A DNA stretch of 63,445 nucleotides, filler included, from Octopus bimaculoides (lineage: Eukaryota), in assembly GCF_001194135.2 (NCBI RefSeq). It is 7 parts of 6 records of this genome, joined end to end, with 100 filler letters (N's around TTAATTAATTAA, not from the genome) between each part and the next. Parts side by side here need not be neighbours in the genome. Positions count along the whole stretch, not along the records: positions 1 to 5,004 come from NC_069010.1; positions 5,105 to 19,405 come from NC_068994.1; 5 more parts are not named here. The stretch is one strand, 5' to 3'. This document shows, in pieces, positions 1 through 11,494 of the stretch. Numbering within the stretch: the stretch's first letter is position 1; every line of letters starts with the position of its first letter. The notes under the pieces are model-generated. The model searched no databases and was not told the DNA's origin. It saw only the letters and a program-made list of their open reading frames with translations. The position numbers and the translations under genes are program-made.

Positions 1-29
1 ATGTTTCTGTGTGTGTGTGTGCGCATGAA

Positions 30-175
30 GAAATACATATATGTTTGTGTGTATATATGTGTGTGTGTTTGTCTGTATGTGTGTGCACGTGTATAAATAC
101 ATATATGTTTGTGTGTATATATGTGTGTGTGTGTGTGTGCATGTGTATAAATACATATATGTTTGTGTGTATATA

Positions 176-206
<31 letters not shown>

Positions 207-460
207 GCACGTGTATCAATACATATATGTTTGTGGGTATATATGTGTGTGTGTGTGTAAATGTCTGTGTGTATGTATATCTGTGTGTAATCATGAGTGC
301 GTATATATATGCCTGCATATATAAGCATATAAGTTCACACGTGTGTGTGTATATGTGTATGTATATGTGTATGTATATGTGTCTGTGTCTGTGTGTGTGG
401 GAGCCCCTTTGTGTCAAAATGAGTGAACAAGTGTATGTCACTTGTATATGTATGTGTGTG
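30..460. repeat. Compound (TG/TA)n microsatellite with about 55-60 bp higher-order units
   Basis: atacatatatgtttgtg(t/g)gtatatatgtgtgtg recurs four times in 30-255. Similar (TA)n, (CA)n, (GA)n, (AAT)n and (GATA)n tracts occur throughout the window and border most gaps. Confidence 0.9.
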
Positions 461-3302
461 TAACTATGTAGATGAATGTGAGCTGTTATGGTGTGTGTGT
501 GTGTGTGTGTATCAGGGGTGCATATTCTGGGTGTGCTAGCTATGCGCTGCACACCCATCGAAAATGGCAATTTCATTATAATTATTAACCTTACTCGTTA
601 ATCTAATCACAAATCATAATGGCAAACTTTTGGTGTACCCCTGCACGAAATTTGATGGTGAGTGTCCTGAAAAAAAACACTGCACACCTCACAGTGCATT
701 GTATCAAAATATGGCACTGGGCGTATCGTAGGATAATGAGAGAGCGACAAAAAAATTAAAGGTGATGGGTGTGAGACAGCTTTGACAGCACAGTTGCATG
801 TTCAGTTTTGTGGTGAGAAGTTCTTGCGTTTAAATTCATTTAAAATTCCTAAACTGAAACCAATTCTTTTTTATAATAAATTTTTTTTTGGAACATTATC
901 ATCATGTGTATAGGCGCAGGAGTGGCTGTGTGGTAAGTAGCTTGCTTACCAGCCACTTGGTTCGAGGCTCAGTCCCACTGCATGGCAACTTCGCCAAGTG
1001 TCTTCTACTATATAGGATTATAGACAGAGAAAGGATAGACTATAGGTACGGNNNNNNNNNNNNNNNNNNNNNNNNNNNNNNNNNNNNNNNNNNNNNNNNN
1101 NNNNNNNNNNNNNNNNNNNNNNNNNNNNNNNNNNNNNNNNNNNNNNNNNNNNNNNNNNNNNNNNNNNNNNNNNNNNNNNNNNNNNNNNNNNNNNNNNNNN
1201 NNNNNNNNNNNNNNNNNNNNNNNNNNNNNNNNNNNNNNNNNNNNNNNNNNNNNNNNNNNNNNNNNNNNNNNNNNNNNNNNNNNNNNNNNNNNNNNNNNNN
1301 NNNNNNNNNNNNNNNNNNNNNNNNNNNNNNNNNNNNNNNNNNNNNNNNNNNNNNNNNNNNNNNNNNNNNNNNNNNNNNNNNNAGTAAAAGAGAGAAGCGA
1401 AAGAGAGAATATAACTTTGATCTTAATTTGTTTTGCAAAACTATTAATTAACTTTTAAAAGTCAGAAACGAAATTTCAGTCAGGTTGAATTCTGAAAGGT
1501 TGTGCGCTGATATTTTGCTTGGTGAAATTTGTGATTTTGTTAGTTGTGTGCCGATGCATTTTATTAAAAATTTAATTAGTGTTGGCCTTAAATTGTTTTT
1601 ACAGTCACAGAAAAAAGTGCTAGGTGCAGGAGTGGCTGTGTGGTAAGTAGCTTGCTTACCAGCCACTTGGTTCGAGGCTCAGTCCCACTGCATGGCAACT
1701 TCGCCAAGTGTCTTCTACTATATAGGATTATAGACAGAGAAAGGATAGACTATAGGTACGGGAGGAGCACAGACAATTGTGACCGCCTTAGGTCACCACG
1801 GGTCACTAATATTTAGCAGAAGTAACATAAGGTCCAAGAGTTTTGTATCACTACCAACAACAGTAACAACAACAGCACCATTGTCACCACCACCACCACC
1901 ACCACCACCACTAACGGCACCACCAGCACCAAACAAAGCCTCTGTTCCATTCTGTACATTACAGCAAGTTATTAATTTGAACAACCAGGGTGTTGTGTTG
2001 ACTGCTCAGCCACCCACATATACCCTGAAAGCACTTATAAATCATGTATGGTGGGGTGGAATGGTAGAAGATTAGTGGATGTCTGAGGGTATGTGATGTG
2101 GGTTTCAGTAATAAATCTGGGTGTGGATGAGAGACAGTTTTAGGTTTGTGGTTTATTTTAGCCATCATGCCTCCGGCCATGGTGAGGCATCATCAGTTTG
2201 TGTATAAAGTAGGTCTTTTAGAGATAAGAGATGTAGGCTAATGAGATACGCAGATAAGGGGTACATTAATGGATAAATTATGACATGAAATAGATATATA
2301 CATACATATATATAAATATATATATATACATACATATATATATATATATCATCATAAATATAAGGGATTAGCAATTGAGTTGCTTCTCCAACATACTGAA
2401 AATTTAGAAATAGCAGTCAAAGAACTACTGATTCTAAACTACAAATTTTTCTCTAAAACGGATGGCGATATTTATGGCACACATATTAATTCTATTATTA
2501 ATTGACGATTCCCTGCCCTCATTTCTTGTATATTTTATATATATNNNNNNNNNNNNNNNNNNNNNNNNNNNNNNNNNNNNNNNNNNNNNNNNNNNNNNNN
2601 NNNNNNNNNNNNNNNNNNNNNNNNNNNNNNNNNNNNNNNNNNNNNNNNNNNNNNNNNNNNNNNNNNNNNNNNNNNNNNNNNNNNNNNNNNNNNNNNNNNN
2701 NNNNNNNNNNNNNNNNNNNNNNNNNNNNNNNNNNNNNNNNNNNNNNNNNNNNNNNNNNNNNNNNNNNNNNNNNNNNNNNNNNNNNNNNNNNGTGTATGTA
2801 TGTGTGTAAAAACATAAATATACATGCACACATGCATACATAAACCTACACACACATACACATAGATATAGATAGATACATACATACTTAGATAGATAGA
2901 CAGATAGATAGATATACATGCATATATGTACATACATGTACACAAACGCATACATAAATACTAACACACACACACATATATACATACACACATAAGTAAA
3001 AACATTATAATACATAAATATATACATTACATATATACATTATATGTATGTATGTACATACACACACATGTATATATGTACATATGTATGTATGTATGTA
3101 TGTATGTATGTGTGTATGTGTGTATGTGTGTAAGTATGTATGCATGTACATGTATATGTAAGTATCTATATGTATATATCCACATATATATAGTTGCATA
3201 TGTACGTATAAAGCAGAATCAAAAACAAGGAAACATATATGATGTGATACAAAGACAAAAGTATTTGTTGAATCAGAAATATCCATCAAAATTGTACAAC
3301 AA

Positions 3303-3870
3303 GTGGTGAAGCATGATCCTTGAACTCTGGGCCTCACAGAGGTAATGACTAGTGACTGAGACCTTTGGCAATGTGCTGTGCTTGAGAAGACCTGTCAGGC
3401 CAAGGGATATTGTAGATGTGGCCGATGCTGGTGTTATGTAACTGGTTCTTGTGCTGGTGGTACTTAAAAGGCATCCTTTGAACGTTGGGTCACACGAAGG
3501 CCGTGACAAATGACCGAGACGTTTGACAATATGCTGTGCTTGAGAAGACCCGTCAAGCCAAGTGAAATCATAGCCATGGCTAATGCTGGTGGTATGTAAC
3601 TGGTACCTGTGCTGGTGGTACTTAAGAAGCAGCTTTTGAGTGGTGGGCCTCACAGATGCAAAGTCACCAATGCCAGTGGCATATGAAAAGCTCCTTTCAA
3701 GTGTTGGGCCTCACAGAGGCAATGACAAATGACCGAGGCCTTTGGCATTACGTTGTGCTTGAGAAGAAGACCCATCAAGCCGAGTAGAATTGCAGTCATG
3801 GCAGATACTGGTGTCACACAAATGCACAAATGGCACTCATGCTAGTGGTACATGAAAGCACCCATTACAC
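3303..3870 (+). mobile_element. RTE-type LINE 3' end, internally tandem-duplicated
   Basis: Repeated gggcctcacagagg...gtgcttgagaagacc units resembling an RTE C-terminus (GLTEAMT.DRDLW.YAVLEKT). Related pieces near 28160-28500(+), 30500-30840(-), 33430-33590, 33990-34170(+), 35250-35730(+). Confidence 0.65.
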
Positions 3871-3901
3871 TCTCTCTATATATAAATATATATATATTTT
3901 G

Positions 3902-3948
<47 letters not shown>

Positions 3949-5004
3949 NNNNNNNNNNNNNNNNNNNNNNNNNNNNNNNNNNNNNNNNNNNNNNNNNNNN
4001 NNNNNNNNNNNNNNNNNNNNNNNNNNNNNNNNNNNNNNNNNNNNNNNNNNNNNNNNNNNNNNNNNNNNNNNNNNNNNNNNNNNNNNNNNNNNNNNNNNNN
4101 NNNNNNNNNNNNNNNNNNNNNNNNNNNNNNNNNNNNNNNNNNNNNNNNNNNNNNNNNNNNNNNNNNNNNNNNNNNNNNNNNNNNNNNNNNNNNNNNNNNN
4201 NNNNNNNNNNNNNNNNNNNNNNNNNNNNNNNNNNNNNNNNNNNNNNNNNNNNNNNNNNNNNNNNNNNNNNNNNNNNNNNNNNNNNNNNNNNNNNNNNNNN
4301 NNNNNNNNNNNNNNNNNNNNNNNNNNNNNNNNNNNNNNNNNNNNNNNNNNNNNNNNNNNNNNNNNNNNNNNNNNNNNNNNNNNNNNNNNNNNNNNNNNNN
4401 TATTATTTGTTTTATATATATATATATACATATATATATCCATATATATAAACATAATTAAGGGATCAGCAAGCATTTGCTTCACCACATACCGAAGTTC
4501 AGAAATAGCAGCTAAAAAAGCTGAGACTCCAACAGATAGCATACTTCGGTATGTGTTGAAGCAAATGCTTGCTGATCCCTTAATTATGTTTATAAATGTA
4601 TAGGAACTTTTAAATAAGTTCTCCACCGATAATGGTGTTTACATACCGAAGGGCTTGGTAAAAATTATTAATTGTTGATTTATTAATAAATTAATAAATT
4701 GGTAAACCTTTACCCTTTTAATTTGTAATAATTATCCATATATATATGCCTATATATGTAAGTATATTTAAGGTATGTTTATATGTAAAGATTAATGATT
4801 CTTTTAAAGAACTATTTCTTCAGGTGTCAATCATAAAGACATTACTCAGGGGTCTTTGAGTAAACTTGCTCCAGGTTTTTCTTCTAAGAAAGGGTTGTAG
4901 CATTCTCATCTTTGGCATTCTTTTCACCCACTTCCCTGAGTGTATAAGTGGGGAGCGGGTAAGAGGGGGTGGTTCGGAGTTTAGGGTAGGGTCGCATGGG
5001 GGGG

Positions 5005-5104
5005 NNNNNNNNNNNNNNNNNNNNNNNNNNNNNNNNNNNNNNNNNNNNTTAATTAATTAANNNNNNNNNNNNNNNNNNNNNNNNNNNNNNNNNNNNNNNN
5101 NNNN
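5005..5104. other. Artificial scaffold linker (44 N + TTAATTAATTAA + 44 N)
   Basis: Identical 100-bp construct also at 19406-19505, 27153-27252, 37721-37820, 50494-50593 and 55165-55264. Confidence 0.95.
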
Positions 5105-5870
5105 AATTATAATATAGGGTATCTAAGAGATACCGCCACGCTGAAAATAACAGTCAAATCTTGACTCTAAACCACAATAAATGTTCATATAGCACGAAGA
5201 GCGAAGACGAAGATAAAATAAACTAGCAAAAATACTGGATAATTCCATATAATTCCAATACTGGAATTAGATACCCTATATTATAATTTTAAATAATTGT
5301 TACCTTTGATGGTTTTTATTCCCATGCTGGCCACTTGATAAAATCAATATTTTAAATATCGACCTTATCCTTATTTATATATATATATACATATACACAT
5401 GCACATGCATATATGGGTACAGGACATTACCAACTGTAAATAACAAGAAAAATGAAAACAAATGAGTGCAGTACGCAAACAACGAGAGAAACAACTGTAA
5501 AACAGGACAAGTAACACAAAGAACGACGCTTGATCAGTTGTCGACTGTCTATCTACTACTCATTTCGAATATTGGACGACAATATTAGTCTTCGGAAAGA
5601 CAGTTGCTCCCATAAGTACCAAAATAAAATTTGGGATTCATGGATGGTCAAAGTTGGGAACAAAAAGAGGACAGTGGAAACATACAAGGAAACCGAACGA
5701 AAACAACCCTCCATGTTTGTTTTCGTTCGGTTTCCTTGTACGTTTCCACTGTCCTCTGCGTGTGTGTGTGTGCATATATGCTTACGCACAGATATGCGTA
5801 CGTACACATACATATGGTTATGTACATCTCTCTTAGAAATCATTGTCAACCTTTCCCTAGTAAATGTTTA

Positions 5871-5953
<83 letters not shown>

Positions 5954-6446
5954 NNNNNNNNNNNNNNNNNNNNNNNNNNNNNNNNNNNNNNNNNNNNNNN
6001 NNNNNNNNNNNNNNNNNNNNNNNNNNNNNNNNNNNNNNNNNNNNNNNNNNNNNNNNNNNNNNNNNNNNNNNNNNNNNNNNNNNNNNNNNNNNNNNNNNNA
6101 TATATTTATTGAAATTAATGAATTTTAAAGCTATGAGAAATGGTTTCGCGAAAATAATTTTCCATTCGAAGTCACAATCCCTTACCACATTTCATTTCTC
6201 TTTATTTCTTACTTTCATGCTTTTTTAAAAATCTGTTTTTTATCATTAGGTTTCTTCTTCCCTGATAATATTTGTCAAATTGGCACTAGTTTTGGATCGA
6301 CATATCGACATATATTCTTTGTAAAGGAATCGACGTAATTACTTCGTAAAGGAATTGAATGACCTTTGACATACGACTTATTCTTATCGCTAACTTTCGT
6401 ATTTCTTCGAAACCATCGTCCTCACTGAAGTGAGTGATTAAGAAAC

Positions 6447-6826
6447 GTACCAGTGCTTTTTGGTTATCTCACCCCCATTAAAAAATTGAGTTATCTCCCC
6501 ACCGTTTTATGAGAAATATCGGTACTTTTGGTTATCTCCCTCAACTAACCCTAAAGAAAAAATATAATGAAAAGAATTCATAAACATGAAAAGTGAAGAG
6601 ATGAAACGTCGTATTGAATCTGATAACATTTTTATAACAAATCCTACCATTCCTATTGAGGAGACCAAACATCAACAATGCGTTGAAGTATTGAATCAAA
6701 AGGATCTAACTCTTTTAATCCATTCTCTTGTCGCCACATAAACTCACGTTTTTAGTGGGGAGATAACCCAATTTTTAATGGCAATTTTTTAATGGGGGTG
6801 AGATAGACAAAAAGGACCAACGTACC
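6447..6826. mobile_element. MITE-like element with long imperfect TIRs
   Basis: tatctcacccccattaaaaaattg near 6465-6490 and its reverse complement near 6782-6805, with further subterminal ggttatctccc repeats. Confidence 0.65.
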
Positions 6827-7794
6827 CAGATAATAAATCTACCCGAGCTGTAAAATATAAAGTCAAAGGGAAAACTGAAAGAGATAATCTTGTTTGTATT
6901 GTAACCTTTTATTTATTTATATATTTTATTTCATTTTGTTTTATTTGTATTAAGTTATTTATTTATTGCAGTCATACTTGAAGTTTAGTTGCAGTGAGCA
7001 GTGTGGAGTTGGATAAAAACCGAATGGCAAATGCGGAGATTTTTTCCTCAACAGTAGCATTATTGTAGTACCATTATATATGCATACAACCAATGGAGAA
7101 AATTTTGTTTTGCATTTTGCAGTCATTTCTAGCAACCTGAAAGATCAGACAGAAAATTCTTCGTTATTTCAGTTGAATACATTTCGGTTTGCATATGTTT
7201 CTGAACAAGTTATAATTGGTATACATTAAACTTTGCGTTAGAGCATTAGAGCATACACGTATTATCCGATGTAACCGTCCTTTATAAGATGGTAGTGTGT
7301 ATTACACAAGACAAGTTTTTGGCTACTACTTTTAGCAAATTGAAAGACCACATATAGGTTGTGACAGCATTAATTAAGGCAATGTGATGGAAACATTTCA
7401 CTAATGAGATGTATATAAGTCGAGCTTGAATTTATAATCACTGGGTGTGGTACTAGTTGATGAAATGTCGAAAAGTCATGTGTTATTTATTCGGTCGGTG
7501 TTTAGAGCTAATGTACACGGTCTCTCATCAAGCTGCTTCTCGAATGTGGGTCATGGAAGGAAGCGGCTATTCGGTACAGTCTGCAGTTTCACACATCTAC
7601 AGACATACAAAATACTGAGGAGGAGAGAGATTTATATGTATGTGTATACATATTCACACACAGAGGCACACATATTTATATGTATATTCATATATAAGAA
7701 GGCACTTGTACAGGTCTTTGCTGAGAATAGGTATGTATATATATACATAAATACACGTATATATATATTACATACATTTATGTGGTGTTTATTC

Positions 7795-7834
<40 letters not shown>

Positions 7835-7844
7835 NNNNNNNNNN

Positions 7845-7883
<39 letters not shown>

Positions 7884-7964
7884 TGCTTATATACATACAT
7901 ATATATAAGTATGAATATATATATAGCTTAGATATGTTTCGACCAGATTAGTCCAAGCCATGTC

Positions 7965-8480
7965 TAACTTAATAGCACCACCTGATAGGATTATCTTAAT
8001 CCTTTTTTAAGTCAAGTTTTGTGGTATTATCGTCCATTCAAGTAGTGAGTTCTTGTTGAGTGAGTTGTATCCAAGTATGGGTGGGAAGGTCGTTTATATA
8101 GATTATAAAGGGGAGCGGGCCCAAGACAGTCCCCTGAGGGACACCGCTGGTGACTTTTGCTGGGCTTGAGTGGACTCCATCGACCACAACATGTTGTGTT
8201 CTATTCGCCAGAAAATAATCCAGTGTAGAAGCTTTCCACGGATTCCAACATTTGCCAATTTTAAGAGTAAGATATTATGGTCAACTCTGTCGAACTTGGC
8301 TGTTGTTTATAGCTGATAAAGCCATCGTGTAATGATTCGTACGTTACTTTAAGAGGCGCTTCGTCCGTTCGCAGACGTCAAATGTGTTGTACACACAACG
8401 TTCGCTTCATTTTACTGCACATTTTTGAACCACCCCATCTCATGGCTGTACTTGCTTACAAGACGGATTTGGCTGTATAA
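7965..8480 (-). mobile_element. CR1/L2-type LINE RT fragment (decayed)
   Basis: Translates to AKFDRVDH...NRTQHVVVDGVHSSPAKVTSGVPQGTVLGPLPFIIYINDLP. Confidence 0.8.
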
Positions 8481-9410
8481 AGATAAATGTTTTTTACAGA
8501 GGCAAAATAGATGGGTAGTTTTAAGATATCACCCTATCAATATCTTATATGGTCTTCTGGTGTCATACTTTCAGCAAGGCCTTCAAGAATAACTACTTCT
8601 GACAAGGCCTGAAACTCGAGGATAATGGGTTAGTTGATTATTTCATAGAACCCCAGAAAATGAATACTAAAGTTGAGTTTTCAACACAGAACGTGAAGTA
8701 TCTTATCAAATTCTACAAGGCATTTTCTCCCGACGCTCCGAAATTTCTGCCAATCCATCAATGTTATCCCTTGAAGAATTTTCATAATGTCCTTCTGCTA
8801 TTGCGTTTGAAATAATCAAATGCGACTTCAAATAAAAATTTGCTTATGAATTTTAATTAAAAACACAGAGCTTATTTAACTAAACGCTTAATGTAAAACT
8901 GCCACAGTTGACTCTGCAATAATTGTTGTGGACATCGAATGGTGTAAATTGTAGCTTGCAAGAGTAAATTTTTATTAACAGGAAGTTCCACACCCAAAAA
9001 TGTGTCGGGACATATACAGAAAATATCGGTTATATCCGTTGTATTAACTCAGTCTCACTATTTCACTATCTCATTGCTTCGATATATATATATATATATA
9101 TACGTACGTACATACATACATACATAAATACATATATACATACATAAATACATAAATACATATATACATACATACATATATATATGTATATATGCACACC
9201 CACACATATATGTATGTATGTGTGTATATATATGTGTGTATATGTATGCATATATATATATATATATATTTCGAAGCAGTGAGGTTAAGTTAATACCCTC
9301 ACATATATACGCATATGCATATTCTTTGTATATACATGTATACATGTATGTGTGTCTATGTGTGTCCGCGTCTATGCGTGTTTATACATGTTTGTATTTA
9401 CACAATTATA

Positions 9411-9455
<45 letters not shown>

Positions 9456-9788
9456 NNNNNNNNNNNNNNNNNNNNNNNNNNNNNNNNNNNNNNNNNNNNN
9501 NNNNNNNNNNNNNNNNNNNNNNNNNNNNNNNNNNNNNNNNNNNNNNNNNNNNNNNNNNNNNNNNNNNNNNNNNNNNNNNNNNNNNNNNNNNNNNNNNNNN
9601 NNNNNNNNNNNNNNNNNNNNNNNNNNNNNNNNNNNNNNNNNNNNNNNNNNNNNNNNNNNNNNNNNNNNNNNNNNNNNNNNNNNNNNNNNNNNNNNNNNNN
9701 NNNNNNNNNNNNNNNNNNNNNNNNNNNNNNNNNNNNNNNNNNNNNNNNNNNNNNNNNNNNNNNNNNNNNNNNNNNNNNNNNNNNNNNN

Positions 9789-9838
<50 letters not shown>

Positions 9839-10258
9839 GTGGGAGTGAATATGTGGGAGGGAGATGCTGGAAACAGAGATAGAGGGGGGGAGAGAAAGAG
9901 AGAAAATGAGTGAGGAAAGAGAGGAAGATTAAGACAAGAAGGAAGTGGAGGAAGTGAATGAGTTTAAAGGAAATGAATAAGTTTGAGATAGGGTTTCGAC
10001 CGACACAAGAAGCTTGACAACAGTAGTCTTCACAGTCACTTCTCAGCATAAATATTTACACCGAATGCTGGAATCAGGATGATGGAGAGATCTTCACAAG
10101 TAGGTACGCACACGCACACACACATACAAGCACACACACACACGCACGGGCACATAAGCAGAGTAAAAGCACTCTCACGTTCACCCCCACACACATATAT
10201 ACATACATATATATACATACATACATATATATATATATACATACATACATATATATAT

Positions 10259-10294
<36 letters not shown>

Positions 10295-10482
10295 NNNNNN
10301 NNNNNNNNNNNNNNNNNNNNNNNNNNNNNNNNNNNNNNNNNNNNNNNNNNNNNNNNNNNNNNNNNNNNNNNNGTGTGTGTGTATGATATAACATGATATG
10401 TAATTTTGTGTACTGTTGGCATCGGCGGTCTCAGAAAAAAAGCCATTTCAGCGAGAGATAAGTACCATTTACTGAATACAGG

Positions 10483-10522
<40 letters not shown>

Positions 10523-10822
10523 TATATATATATATTTATATGACGGGCATCTTTAAGTTTCCGTGTTTACCAAATCCACTCACAAAGTTTTAGCCGGCCC
10601 GAGCCTATAGTAGAAGACACTCGCCAAGGTGCCATGCAGTTGGACTGAACTCGTAACCATGTAGTTGGTAAGAAAGCTACTTACCACACAGTCATTTCTG
10701 CGCATGTTGTTGTTAATTGTCTGAACACAACACAATGGAAATTTTTTACAAAGGTAACAAAAACCTACATTTTCTTTTTGTAAAAACTACGATAGAAAGT
10801 ATTGCACTATTTCCATGGATAC

Positions 10823-11057
10823 CTATTTGTAATTTCTGGCAATGGGTCGAACATTTTGCCAAAGTATTCAAATCAAAGTCTTCAACAAAAGCGTTTTCAT
10901 GTACACTTTCTCCATGTGATCCATTCAACAGTTCAGGTGAAGTAATAGCTGATCTTTTTACTGGACTTGGCCATGCTGCCACCTTACTTTTGACTAATGG
11001 AAACGTTTTAAATGCTTTTTCATACAATTGTTTGGCGACAATAACAATTCGAATCAT
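10823..11057 (-). CDS. Candidate exon (MIRIVIVAKQLYEKAFKTFPLVKSKVAAWPSPVKRS...KCSTHCQKLQI)
   Basis: Long open frame with A/T-rich third and G-rich first codon positions. Donor ATAG|gtatcc at 10822. Possible acceptors at 10994 (tttccattag) or near 11074. Confidence 0.35.
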
Positions 11058-11247
11058 GTGACTTCGTCTTCACCTGCAATTGTCTACGTCACCATCACAG
11101 TCGTATTTGTTGTTGTTTCATGTTTTTGTATTCGTTGCTTATTATCGTCGCCTACTTTATATATAACTGCTTATATACTACTACTTGCTGTATAATAAGT
11201 GTTGGGTACTCTTATTATACAGCAAGTAGTTGTATATAAGTTGTATA

Positions 11248-11311
11248 CGGCATAGTGGTTAAGAGCGCGGGCTACTAACCCCAAGATTCCGAGTTCGATT
11301 CCAAGCAGTGA

Positions 11312-11355
<44 letters not shown>

Positions 11356-11494
11356 TCGAAAAATACCTTAGGAGTGAGAGTCCAGATTCGAAATTTCCCC
11401 AAGACACCTGATGAAGGCTGGAGGGTATATCAGCCGAAACGTTGTGTTATCAACAAACAAGATGAGGACAAATATCCGTCAAATGTAAATAATG
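11248..11494 (+). mobile_element. tRNA-derived SINE with internal (AAT)n and hammerhead motif
   Basis: Partly deleted A-box, B-box gagttcgattcc, (AAT)n, hammerhead, tgtaaataatgt tail. Homologous to 57833-58096 and 42158-42401. Confidence 0.8.
11401..11448 (+). ncRNA. Minimal type I hammerhead ribozyme motif inside SINE
   Basis: gacac-CTGATGA-a-ggctg(gagggtatat)cagcc-GAAA-cgtt-gtgtt: stem I gacac/gtgtt, stem II ggctg/cagcc, self-complementary ACGT in place of stem III. Confidence 0.65.

Noticed and set aside
913-1761. Identical 140-bp SINE-plus-flank copies at 913-1051 and 1623-1761
   Set aside because: The first copy ends at a gap and shares all private mutations. An assembly duplicate is more likely than biology, though a recent duplication is not excluded.
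1779-2075. Pro-rich (plus) or Gly-rich (minus) ORF
   Set aside because: It is driven by (CCA)n/(ACA)n repeats, with no convincing splice pair or recognisable domain.
3330-3860. CRISPR-like repeat-spacer array
   Set aside because: The context is eukaryotic, and the units are contiguous diverged LINE-tail copies without unique spacers or cas genes.
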